DNA of 63,223 nt, the filler included, from Octopus bimaculoides (Eukaryota), in NCBI RefSeq assembly GCF_001194135.2. It is 4 parts of 4 records of this genome, joined end to end, with 100 filler letters (N's around TTAATTAATTAA, not from the genome) between each part and the next. Parts side by side here need not be neighbours in the genome. Positions count along the whole stretch, not along the records: positions 33,930 to 58,200 come from NC_069001.1; 3 more parts are not named here. The stretch is one strand, 5' to 3'. Under the pieces are notes generated by a model. That model was given only the letters and a program-made list of their open reading frames with translations, was not told the DNA's origin and made no database searches. Within the stretch, counting starts at the first letter, position 1; each line of letters opens with the position of its first letter. The position numbers were made by a program, and so were the translations under genes. This document shows positions 36,942 to 48,834 of this stretch, piece by piece.

Positions 36942-36960
36942 AAGAAGAAGAAGAAGACAT
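36540..36960 (+). repeat. Compound repeat: GAAGAAAACTTAAAAGAAG motif x4 interleaved with (GGT)n, (AGT)n, (AGA)n
   Basis: Direct reading. Confidence 0.8.
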
Positions 36961-38889
36961 TAGTATATTTTTACCATTATTTGAATTCTTTTATAGATAA
37001 GTTGTCGTCTGCCAAAAATGATATGTCTGCGAGAAAAAAACATTTTTTTATTTATTTATTTTTCCATCTTGTTTTTGTTTTTTTCAAGAAATATATCTAC
37101 AAGAAGCCTTCTGTGTTTCTTGGTCGGCGCAAGAAAAGGTTTCCTCTTGAGATATGTGAACCCCGGCAAGGAAGGACGCGACCCTCGAAGAACTGGAAGA
37201 AATTATGCAAATACAGATATCNNNNNNNNNNNNNNNNNNNNNNNNNNNNNNNNNNNNNNNNNNNNNNNNNNNNNNNNNNNNNNNNNNNNNNNNNNNNNNN
37301 NNNNNNNNNNNNNNNNNNNNNNNNNNNNNNNNNNNNNNNNNNNNNNNNNNNNNNNNNNNNNNNNNNNNNNNNNNNNNNNNNNNNNNNNNNNNNNNNNNNN
37401 NNNNNNNNNNNNNNNNNNNNNNNNNNNNNNNNNNNNNNNNNNNNNNNNNNNNNNNNNNNNNNNNNNNNNNNNNNNNNNNNNNNNNNNNNNNNNNNNNNNN
37501 NNNNNNNNNNNNNNNNNNNNNNNNNNNNNNNNNNNNNNNNNNNNNNNNNNNNNNNNNNNNNNNNNNNNNNNNNNNNNNNNNNNNNNNNNNNNNNNNNNNN
37601 NNNNNNNNNNNNNNNNNNNNNNNNNNNNNNNNNNNNNNNNNNNNNNNNNNNNNNNNNNNNNNNNNNNNNNNNNNNNNNNNNNNNNNNNNNNNNNNNNNNN
37701 NNNNNNNNNNNNNNNNNNNNNNNNNNNNNNNNNNNNNNNNNNNNNNNNNNNNNNNNNNNNNNNNNNNNNNNNNNNNNNNNNNNNNNNNNNNNNNNNNNNN
37801 NNNNNNNNNNNNNNNNNNNNNNNNNNNNNNNNNNNNNNNNNNNNNNNNNNNNNNNNNNNNNNNNNNNNNNNNNNNNNNNNNNNNNNNNNNNNNNNNNNNN
37901 NNNNNNNNNNNNNNNNNNNNNNNNNNNNNNNNNNNNNNNNNNNNNNNNNNNNNNNNNNNNNNNNNNNNNNNNNNNNNNNNNNNNNNNNNNNNNNNNNNNN
38001 NNNNNNNNNNNNNNNNNNNNNNNNNNNNNNNNNNNNNNNNNNNNNNNNNNNNNNNNNNNNNNNNNNNNNNNNNNNNNNNNNNNNNNNNNNNNNNNNNNNN
38101 NNNNNNNNNNNNNNNNNNNNNNNNNNNNNNNNNNNNNNNNNNNNNNNNNNGATGACAATGTAGTAGTAGTAGTATTTTGTAAGATAAAAAGATACCGTGT
38201 CGTTTTTGTGGGTGGTTCCGCCTCACAGGGTTGGTCGCTACGCATGGGTCGATTTGCCTTTTTTTTTTCACACCACGACGAGGTCGATTAAAATAATTAC
38301 CAGGTTAATTCAATGTTGAAATCGTTGATACAATCGGCTAATGGATCTTGGCCGATTCTCTCGAACTAAAACCAGATCGGGAACAAAAAAATAAAGAAAC
38401 ATTTCACACCAATATGACAGCGCAATTAATTTTACAAATTCGTCTTATCGTTCTCTTCGTCGTCTCTGCATTGTATTCCTATATCCTTGTGTTCGTATAT
38501 ACCTATATTCGTATATACCTTTATTCGCCTGCCACATATTTAAGCTGTCTACTTCTGCTGACGTTCTGTTATGGCTTCTTAATGTCGAACGAAGGCAATT
38601 CAATTAGTTAAACAATAACAACATTCTATAAATCTCATTCTGTGTTTGTATAGAGAGATATTTTATTGCTGTTCCATTATATTAACACAAGATGTAGTTT
38701 TGTGAGGCATTTTTTTTTTTGCTTTGTTATTTATTTATTTGTTTGTTTTGTTTTGTTTTGTTTATCTTTTGCTTTAATTCTAGTTTCTTTCATTATAGTA
38801 AATTCATTCATCTTTTCATTTTATTCATTTGAGAAGCAGAGATGACGTAGCAGAAACGCCGCTGACAGCAGCCACGGAAAGGACAAAGG

Positions 38890-38947
<58 letters not shown>

Positions 38948-39073
38948 NNNNNNNNNNNNNNNNNNNNNNNNNNNNNNNNNNNNNNNNNNNNNNNNNNNNN
39001 NNNNNNNNNNNNNNNNNNNNNNNNNNNNNNNNNNNNNNNNNNNNNNNNNNNNNNNNNNNNNAATGAGAGAGAG

Positions 39074-39111
<38 letters not shown>

Positions 39112-39184
39112 AGATAGAGAATGAGAAAGATTAGAAGAGAGGGTAACTGAAGCAGAGAGATCGACAAAGAGAGAGATATAAGGA

Positions 39185-39237
<53 letters not shown>

Positions 39238-39562
39238 CGACTAAAAGAGTGAGAGTCTAAGAGAGAGCAACCAAGAGAGAAAGAGAGAGAGAGATCGACG
39301 AAGAGAGAGAGAGAGAGATCGACTAAGAGAGAGAGAGAGGTGGCATACTTATATATATATAACATTTAAAAGGTAATATATCCGAAACGTAATAACCCTT
39401 AACTTTACACTTCATTCAGCGTCAAAGATTGTGAACGTCTCTTGTATATTTTACTGTTTGGCACTTTGCTTGTTGTACTTCGTTTATATATAAATACACA
39501 CACACACACGTACGTACGTATGTATGTATGCATGTATGTATGTATGTATGTATGTATGAATC

Positions 39563-39622
<60 letters not shown>

Positions 39623-39623
<1 letters not shown>

Positions 39624-39790
39624 TTTTTTCTCCGTGTTTTTCTCCTTGTTTTCTCCGTATTCTTTCTGTTGAAGAGCGTAGCTCGAAACGTTAAAGACTT
39701 TCTGTATTCCCGAGCGTTAAACTAATACATCCTTTTGTTGTCTACACCACCTGTCCTCGTCTGTTGTTTTTTTCGTAAATTCTCCCATAT
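39623..39790 (+). mobile_element. Penelope-like terminal repeat fragment embedded in (TA)n
   Basis: Homologous to the reverse complement of 52385-52556; contains a minimal hammerhead-like fold. Confidence 0.7.
39661..39697 (+). ncRNA. Minimal hammerhead-like motif with variant core CUGUUGA
   Basis: TCTTT-CTGTTGA-A-GAGC(GTA)GCTC-GAAA-CG-TT-AAAGA: 5-bp stem I, 4-bp stem II, palindromic ACGT stem III. Confidence 0.55.
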
Positions 39791-39888
39791 ATATATATAT
39801 ATATATCACGAACAATAGTACTCCATCTGGTGAGAGACATTATTTGATAGACACAATGCGTGTTTTTCTGTTACTAATAATTTCATAA

Positions 39889-39973
39889 GTTGAGAAATAC
39901 TTCCAACATATTCATCAGGCACATTATGATTTATGGCTTGTGCCTGATGGATATGTTAGAGGTATTTCTCAAC
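39889..39973 (+). ncRNA. Pre-miRNA-like / fold-back hairpin
   Basis: 35-bp stem with 2 G-U pairs and 1 mismatch; 15-nt loop TTATGATTTATGGCT. Confidence 0.45.
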
Positions 39974-39975
39974 AC

Positions 39976-40210
39976 TGGAGGCGCAATGGCCCAATGGTTA
40001 GGGCATCGGATTCGCGGTCATAGGAACGCGTTTTCGATTCCCAGACCGGGCGTTGTGAGTGTTTATTGAACGAAAACACCTAAAGCTCCACGAGGCTTCG
40101 GCAGGGGATGGTGGCGAACCCTGATGTACTCTTTCATCACAACTTTCTCTCACTCTTACTTCCTGTTTCTGTTGTGCCTGTATTTCAAAGGGCCAGACTT
40201 GTCACACTGC
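39976..40210 (+). mobile_element. SINE family C1 (5' part, runs into a gap)
   Basis: A box TGGCCCAATGG, B box TTCGATTCCC. Confidence 0.88.
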
Positions 40211-40790
40211 NNNNNNNNNNNNNNNNNNNNNNNNNNNNNNNNNNNNNNNNNNNNNNNNNNNNNNNNNNNNNNNNNNNNNNNNNNNNNNNNNNNNNNNNNN
40301 NNNNNNNNNNNNNNNNNNNNNNNNNNNNNNNNNNNNNNNNNNNNNNNNNNNNNNNNNNNNNNNNNNNNNNNNNNNNNNNNNNNNNNNNNNNNNNNNNNNN
40401 NNNNNNNNNNNNNNNNNNNNNNNNNNNNNNNNNNNNNNNNNNNNNNNNNNNNNNNNNNNNNNNNNNNNNNNNNNNNNNNNNNNNNNNNNNNNNNNNNNNN
40501 NNNNNNNNNNNNNNNNNNNNNNNNNNNNNNNNNNNNNNNNNNNNNNNNNNNNNNNNNNNNNNNNNNNNNNNNNNNNNNNNNNNNNNNNNNNNNNNNNNNN
40601 NNNNNNNNNNNNNNNNNNNNNNNNNNNNNNNNNNNNNNNNNNNNNNNNNNNNNNNNNNNNNNNNNNNNNNNNNNNNNNNNNNNNNNNNNNNNNNNNNNNN
40701 NNNNNNNNNNNNNNNNNNNNNNNNNNNNNNNNNNNNNNNNNNNNNNNNNNNNNNNNNNNNNNNNNNATATATATATATATATATATATAT

Positions 40791-40849
<59 letters not shown>

Positions 40850-41569
40850 TGGATATATGGATAGACAAGACAGAAGCAGACAGCTATATAGACAGACAGA
40901 CAGACTCCCGGGAATCTTACGTAGAGAAGTAGTCAGAAGGTTGATTTGCAGACAGATAGCTAGGTAACTCTAATGGTAAATAGGCAGGTAGTTATTGATG
41001 TGAAGAATTAGGTCTGTCCATGTTCCAAATAGTGAGGAATGGAATTATTAGTTACCTGAAGAATGCTTAAATGTCAATAAATGAATTGTGGTAATTGCTA
41101 TATATAGACAGTGAGTATATAACCTTTGTATGATATGACAATGCAGTTGATTTGAGTCTGTATATGTGTGTATATATCCGCGTGTCTCTGTGTTCGTATA
41201 AATGGATAAGTCTACAGAGGCACACAGGTACACCGGCACACAGGCACACGGCACATAGGCACACGCACACGTGTATGTATGTGAACATGTATGCACGTTC
41301 TCGTGTCGGTGTATTTGCAGTGTGTGCATCAATGTGTATATGGGTGTAATTGTGTAGTTGTGTGTATATGTATGTATGTATATATGTACGTAGACAGATA
41401 GATAGATATATTCATACATAAATACATATATACATACATATATGCATACACACATATATACATACATATACAGACATATATGGGCATGTATCTATATAAT
41501 GTATGCGCACTATACATGAGTGTGCGCGTGTGTTACTGTGTATGTGGATCTTTACACGCTCCTATGAAT

Positions 41570-42110
41570 TCATGAATACATGTGAAATTGTACGTATAGG
41601 AAACAGGGAGATGATGATGATGATGACGACGAAGCTGATGATAATGATGATGATGATAATGGCGGCGGCGGCGGTGGTGGTGGTGGTGGTGGTGGTGGTG
41701 GTGTATATGGGTGTAATTGTGTAATTGTGTGTATATGTATGTATGTATGTTTGTATGTATGCATGTATGTATGTATATATATATATATATAGACAGAGGT
41801 GGTGGTGGTGTTGGTGGTGGTGGTCGTCGTCGTCCTCGTCGTCATCGTCATCGTCGTCATCGTGGCGGCGGCGTCGGCAGTGATGATAATGAGCCCCGTG
41901 ACGATGATGGCGATGATGGCGATGATGATGACGACAATGATGATGATGACGACGACGATGGTGGTGGTGGTGGTGGTAGTGTTGGTGGTGGTTGTGGTGG
42001 TGGTGGTGGTGTTAGTAATGGTAATGAGCCCCGTGACGACGACGATGACGATGACGACGACGACGATGATGATGATGATGATGTTAATGATAATGATAAT
42101 GACTGTTCCT
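41570..42110. repeat. Mosaic trinucleotide field (GAT/GAC/GGT/GGC/CGT) with duplicated ATGAGCCCCGTGACG spacer
   Basis: Direct reading; the spacer occurs near 41888 and 42025. Confidence 0.85.
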
Positions 42111-43038
42111 AAATGCTAAGAATCAAGTAATGGCTATTAATACATTAGCTGTATCAGTAATAATCTAAGTTTTAATGTAATAAATTGAATGATGAAAAGA
42201 ATTAATGAAAGTGGGCAAAAAGAAAATGTAGCAACTTAATGACTACATTTAGAATACATGAACGAAAAATGAAACATTAACGCTTCATAATTTAACAGGG
42301 ACAGATGTGGGGGGGATGTGGGGTTGATGTGGGGGGGATGTGGGACATCGACAATTAGAAAACTGGTTGAAGATAGCTGTGCTGTGTGCGTTCACATAAA
42401 TATCCATGAATATATAATAGCAGAGAAAGTAGCAGAAAATTGCTACGACTGGTTAGGGAACATGAAAACCATTAGAAATTAGAAATTATTCTGTATGTTG
42501 AAGGACTGGTAGATTTATTACTAACATGCGTGAAGCTCTTCTCTGTGAGGTCGCTTAGATCTGCTAGAAAAAGCAGTCAAGTAGTCGTATCTTTCTTGGT
42601 ATCTCTCTTGAATTGAGAAAGAACACGACTGAATGTTTTAGTTGGATTTGTCTCTAGAAATGCAGAAATGCGTTTGTGTCCTAATTTTGGTTAGTCAGGA
42701 TTGATTGGGGTCTTAACAACTATAATAGCATCGACTCCGACAACAATAACAACGGCAGTTAAAAGGTGGAGCAGCAGAGGAATAAGAGAAGGGTGATCGA
42801 ATGATAATAAAGGAAAATAGAATTTTGTTGTTTAATCTCAACAGACTTTTGACCAAATATGCAGTGGCGGTTTCTCTAAAGACGATAAGATATGGTTTGA
42901 GAGATAAAGACACAGAGTGAAAGAGGGGAGTAATTGAATGACAGACAGACAGATAGAGAGACAGACAGATAGAGAGACAGACGGAGAGGTAGACAGAAAG
43001 ACAGATAGAGAGACAGACGGAGAGGTAGACAGAAAGAC

Positions 43039-43081
<43 letters not shown>

Positions 43082-43189
43082 AATGGAGAGATAAAGACAC
43101 AGAGTGAAAGTGAGGAGTAAGTGAAAGACAGACAAATAGATAGACAGACGGAGAGAGAGTCAGACGGAGAAACAGAGGAGTGAATGAAT

Positions 43190-43245
<56 letters not shown>

Positions 43246-43660
43246 AAGAGACACACAGACAGACAGAAAGATAGACAGAGATTTGACTGTTATTTCTAGC
43301 CGCTGAAACTTCCTCAGTGGCTAGAAATACAATAAAATGTTAAAACAAACCAGTAGATAGGAATTAGTGAGGTAACAGTGAACTTTCTGCCTGACATGAA
43401 TTTTAAAACAGGTTCGACGACCCCATGAAGAGATTGCTACATATTCTTGACACGGTCAAATATCCCTTTCCCACCTTAGCGTCTTCAAATAGCGGTGATG
43501 GCTTAGATCTAACGTCTTAAAATAGCGATGATGCCTCAGAGAATGTAATCATAAACATACTAAAAGACAGGATGGCCGAAGCTGGAATGTGCTTGATGAT
43601 AATGAGATCAAGAAACAACGACGACAACCAAGTTGAAGAAAGCTGGTTCGGACGAACCAA

Positions 43661-44030
43661 TAGTTGAGCTCGATTTGCAGACGCAGTTGAGCTCGACTTG
43701 CAAACGCAGTTGAGCTTGATTTGTAGACGCAGTTGAGCTTGATTTGCAGACGTGGTTGAATTCGACTTGATAAGGCAGTTGTACTGGATTTGCAGACGCA
43801 GTTGAGCTCAACTTGCAAACTCAGTTGAGCTCGACTTGCAGACGCAGTTGAGTTCGATTTGCAAACGTAGTTGAGCTCAGTTTGCAGACGCAGTTGAGTT
43901 CGATTTGCAAACGTAGTTGAGCTCAGTTTGCAGACGCAGTTGAGTTCGACTTACAAACTAATTGAGCTCGATTTGCAGACGCAGTTGAGCTCGACTTGCA
44001 AACGCAGTTGAGCTCGATTTGCAGACGCAG
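43661..44030 (+). repeat. 23-bp minisatellite, 16 units, consensus GCAGTTGAGCTCGA(T/C)TTGCA(G/A)AC
   Basis: Units counted by hand; units 9-10 are repeated exactly as units 11-12. Confidence 0.95.
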
Positions 44031-44089
44031 CAATTAAATCTCTCAAATTACAATCTGTCTCCTTCAAAACGAATAATATAACTCTATAC

Positions 44090-44608
44090 AAGCGTTTCTC
44101 AACCTATTTTCCCCCAGGCCCCTACAATAGCTTTCGAGAAAAATGCATGCCCCACCGGTGGTTGTAAATAAAAGGATTTTATTTTTAATATTCTATCACA
44201 GTTATTTGATACAAAAGATTCTACCAGTAACTCTTAAATACAGACTACCAAAAGAAACTACATTATTGACTAAGTAAAAAAAAAAAAGTGAATCTCTTTA
44301 ATGAGAACTTTATGCCTGGGGACTGTAGCAGATCTCCTTGATTTCAGGAGACAATTTCGTTAGCTTCAAGTGTAGCATTAGAACACCGCTATACTGTAGC
44401 AAATAGTCTTCATATGGTATGCTTGGCTGGAGGGATTGGTTTGGCTTGGCTGAGTATAAGTGTTGTAGGTTTGCTGTGAAAAAATGCTTTTCATAATTCC
44501 ATGTCCCACTTAAGAAAAAAAAAAAAAAAGAAATTTTGGATCCCATGCCATACTACAAACTTTCCAAGCACCACCAGTGGAGCATATGCCCCACCTTCGG
44601 AATCACTG
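44090..44608. mobile_element. hAT(Charlie)-like MITE with perfect 8-bp TSD
   Basis: CTCTATAC at 44082-44089 and 44609-44616; degenerate CAGTG-type TIRs. Confidence 0.82.
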
Positions 44609-44704
44609 CTCTATACAAACAATATATAAAAGAAAATAGGAAAGGCTATCGTGAGACCATGTTTGAATTACCCAGACTTTGGATAAAAAACAACCAAAAC
44701 AACA

Positions 44705-44885
44705 AATAATCCTTTCGAATTTTAGCACAAGGTCAGCAATTTTGAGGTGAGAGTGAAGTCGGTTACACCGATCCCAGTACTCAACTAAAGTCTATTTTCT
44801 TAATCTTGAAATGATCAATGGTAAGGTCGACCGCAGCGATATTTGAACTCAGAACGAAAAGAGCCAAGCTCACCGCCTTAACAAC
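44705..44885 (-). mobile_element. Degenerate SINE family B
   Basis: ggtaaggtcgaccgcagcgatatttgaactcagaacg...caccgcctt. Confidence 0.7.
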
Positions 44886-45289
44886 AGAACATATATACGT
44901 ACACCGAAAATCCGTTCTATCTTTGTTGAAATCTCACACTAAATCCAATGGATCTACTGTTGTCTGAAACAAAACGGAAAGAGGGATAAAGAAAGAAATA
45001 TTTTAATAATTTTTTGAGCAAATCAGGTAAAATCAGGTCCGTCTGAAATTATTGGAGAACGGCTTGAAAGAGAGAGAATAAACAGAAATTCCCAGAAGGT
45101 TGAGTTTGGAAATCCGAACAAGCAGAAAGGATGATAAAAGAATATACAAAAATAGCCCTGATAGCAAGATGCCCAAACTTCGGAAAATACAAAAATAGCC
45201 ATGTTAATAGCGATCTTGATATTCCTTGATATTTCCTATTTTCTTTCCTTTTTGTAGATCTCGTGTCTGTTCTGAGATTGTTCCAGGAA

Positions 45290-45640
45290 CATATCAACTT
45301 TTCTAAGAGAAGCTGTTGCTAGCTACTCATTCAGTTCTACTTTTCTGCAAAGAGGGACTTCGTGAGAAATCTTCAACGACGTTTCTCGCAGCATAACCTG
45401 GCCAATAATGACAAAGAACTGACTCGAATATTTCGGGAACAGAAGATTTTGAAAGCCAGTCGTTCGTTTCTTTTCGTGTCTCAGTTATTTTCAATTGCAA
45501 ACTGAAGCATTTCTATGAGCACAGATCTTCACTGTGCCAGTAATAGATTGGATTTGGAAAATTCACGTCAGTTTCTTTTGCTCGTTTTACGTGAAACCTA
45601 GCATTTTCTTGGTTTGGGGGCAAATTTATTGATACCGAAC
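45290..45640 (-). mobile_element. R4-like RLE retrotransposon 3' end (TACA-associated family)
   Basis: LGFT*NEQKKLT*IFQIQSITGTVKIC; nucleotide match to about 36010-36050; 5' side abuts the (TACA)n field. Confidence 0.7.
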
Positions 45641-45748
45641 CTAGTATGTACGTATGTATGTATTTATGTACGTACGTACGTAAGTACGTATGTATGTATG
45701 TATGTATGCATACATGCATGTATGTATGTTTGTATGTGTGCATGTATG

Positions 45749-45782
<34 letters not shown>

Positions 45783-46157
45783 TGCATGCATGTATGTATG
45801 TATGCATCTGTTCTTATATGCATATGAGAGTGGCTGGAAGGTAATGATTTCAATCTTAATTCAAGAATTATTGCTGCCTGTTTATAACAAGGAAAACCAT
45901 TTTAAATGGAAGTAATTTTTATTTCCTGATTAATTTTCTACAGTGTTTACGTAAGCCACATTAACACACATACATATACAACCGTATACATATACACACA
46001 TACGTACATACATACATATATATATATACATACATACATAAATACATATATACGTATACATACATACATTTGCATATATATACATATGCATATTTATATA
46101 TGTATATAGACACACACAGACACACACACATATATACATATACACATATACATATAC

Positions 46158-46242
<85 letters not shown>

Positions 46243-46504
46243 TGTGTATGTATATATATGAATGTGCATATATTTCACAGCACTTTACTCCACTTAATTT
46301 TTGCTTCTTGAATTAAGACTTCTTACTCTACTACGATACATGCATACTTCCGCTCAACGTAATTTGAAAATTAAATTTCTAATCAAAATCGATAAACGTT
46401 CTTAAATCAGTATATAAAAAACACAATGCATAACTATATGTGTGTGAGTGTACGTATGTGCGTGTACTAGGTTTGATTATGTATATGCTATCATAAGCAG
46501 GGTG

Positions 46505-46820
46505 AAGGTCCGTGGCGTAGTGGTTAACGTATTCGGCTCGCGGTCGTAGTCTTTCGAGTTCTATTCCTGGCGGCGCATTCTGTTCTTCACTAAGATACTT
46601 TATTTCGTGTTGGTCCAGTCCGCTCAGCTAGCAAAAATTAGTAGTGCCTCTATTTCAAAGGGCCAGTCTTGTTATACTCTGTGTCACGCTGAATCTCCCT
46701 GAGAACTAAGTTAAGAGTATACGTGTCTGCGGAGTCCTCAGCCATGTTAATTTCACGTGCAAGCTGGTCCGTTGATATGATCAACTGGAACCCTCGTCAT
46801 CTTAACCGACGGAGTGCCAA
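46505..46820 (+). mobile_element. SINE family C2
   Basis: Head GTGGCGTAGTGGTT...GAGTTCTATTCC; tail CGACGGAGTGCCAA. Confidence 0.88.
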
Positions 46821-47149
46821 TTTTACTATAAACGAACATGGTAAAAGAGAACTCAAGGCTCGAAAAAGAGTATAGAACTACTATACAATACTACTATTCC
46901 ATTTGTTTTTAACAGTATTGTCCTCTCACCAATGCTAAACTCTCGACATTCTTTATTAATCACTATGATAGCTTCGACCCATTGTGCATAGGTCCCTCTA
47001 GGAGGAAATACGTCCTATCACATGTAATACAGAGGACATATTTCTCCGAGTAATAGGCGATGGGTTAACTTGATATGAAAGTGAGGTATACAGACAGCCA
47101 TAAAGCAGAGATAACCCTCGAACGCTGCTCGTACTCGTTTGGTATACAC

Positions 47150-47515
47150 CACCAACCCCAAAAGCAGGCTGTCAAATCCTGTTGAGTACGAGCTTGGGAA
47201 ATTTAGCAAACATATGCTAACCGTTCTTAGTTATAAAGTTAGAAATGTCAAGAGATTGCACAGTGGATAAGACTCGTGAATTAGTTATCAAGTTAAGCAG
47301 TGGCATCGATAAAACTATTTTCAAATTCTTTCACTTTGAAATAGTTAAATTAAACCTCTTTTCAATTTCCAAAGCTCGGTTTATCAAAGATCAGAAATTC
47401 GAATGACACTTTGCCATGTTAGTGACAAGAATGTCGACAAAATCAAATGAGCGAAAGACACTGCATGGATAAAAGCCACTAATCCTCAAATTGATGTCAT
47501 GATGGGCTACTTCGA
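47150..47515 (+). mobile_element. Decayed Penelope-like reverse transcriptase fragment
   Basis: NPKSRLSNPVEYELGKFSKHML...FKFFHFEIVK...AWIKATNPQIDVMMGYFD resembles the RLINPxKSExGKISK...FDIxxFYP...WxK...FDVTMGSxDG pattern; from recall, not a search. Confidence 0.65.
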
Positions 47516-47787
47516 TTAAGCATGATTTTAGTTTCTAATAGGATTATTCAGCCTGAATCTAATACATAAACATACACACTATATTCAAACACACACACAC
47601 GCTTATATATATATNNNNNNNNNNNNNNNNNNNNNNNNNNNNNNNNNNNNNNNNNNNNNNNNNNNNNNNNNNNNNNNNNNNNNNNNNNNNNNNNNNNNNN
47701 NNNNNNNNNNNNNNNNNNNNNNNNNNNNNNNNNNNNNNNNNNNNNNNNNNNNNNNNNNNNNNNNNNNNNNNNNNNNNNNNNNNNNNN

Positions 47788-48000
47788 NTGACTGCGGCCA
47801 TGCTGGAACACCACCTTGAAGGGTTTTAGTCGAACAAATCGACTCCAGGGCTTATGTTCTTTTAAAGCCTAGTACTTATTCTATCGGTCTCTTTTGCCGA
47901 GCAACGAAGTTACATGGACGCAAACACAACAACACCAGTTGCCATGCAGTGATGGGGACAAACACAGACACAAAGACACACACATAGATGTATACATACT

Positions 48001-48043
<43 letters not shown>

Positions 48044-48185
48044 GACGGGTTTCTTTCAGTTTCCGTCTACCAACTCCACTCACAAGGCTTTCGTAAATCC
48101 AAGGTTTATAGCAGAAGACACTTACCCAAGGTGTCATGCAGTGGGACCGAACCTGGAACAATGTGGTTTGGAAGATAGCTTCTTA
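47788..48185 (-). mobile_element. SINE family A
   Basis: Tail, internal microsatellite, core and head all present. Confidence 0.88.
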
Positions 48186-48834
48186 CGTACATACATACAT
48201 ACATACATACATACATGCATACATGCATACATACATACATACATACACACATACAAACATACGTCTAGACAGACAAACAGACAGATGGACAGGCAGTCAT
48301 GAATTTATACACGCAAATGAGTCTGGAGTTACATGTCCAACGAGACATGATGAGCCTATTCTAAACTGAGTGTCTAATGCCTTAAAAACGATGAGTCCAG
48401 CAAAATAAACATTATTTTGACCAATGATACACGAAGCATCGTATAGCAAAATAAAAAGTGAAACGCTTTTGTTTAGAGGTAGGTAAAACGAACAAATAAA
48501 CAGCTAGGAGAATAGAATATATGAAGTTACGATAGCAACCGTGATGATGAAGTAGCATACAAATACACAACAGGTATACAAATGTACTCGTGCACAAATC
48601 TTCATATATAAAAATGTACACGGATGTAAGCATCACAATCGGGAAAAAAGTTAAAATGTAAAGGCGTTTTACACAATACAATCTTTTGTTCGTGTAAAAG
48701 TCGCACGATTTCCGATTTCTGGAGAAGACATATTTGCAAACCTACATAAATGCATGCATACATACCGACCATATTTACAAACATACGTACAAAGGTGTAT
48801 ACATACATTCATACATGCATACATACGTACATAA

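Noticed and set aside
37090-37221. Coding-looking fragment (TPARKDATLEELEEIMQIQI) before a gap
   Set aside because: It is preceded by stops with no acceptor, may be a retrotransposon 3' remnant, and is too short to classify.
39976-40050. tRNA genes at SINE heads (also 49405, 46505, 14270-14338)
   Set aside because: A and B boxes are present, but they continue into SINE bodies and I could not fold a full cloverleaf.
43291-43329. 13-bp-arm hairpin TATTTCTAGCCGC / GTGGCTAGAAATA
   Set aside because: Too short for a miRNA precursor; intrinsic terminators do not apply in this eukaryotic context; probably a collapsed repeat.
43661-44030. CRISPR-like array
   Set aside because: The units are directly adjacent with no unique spacers, there are no cas genes, and the context is eukaryotic.
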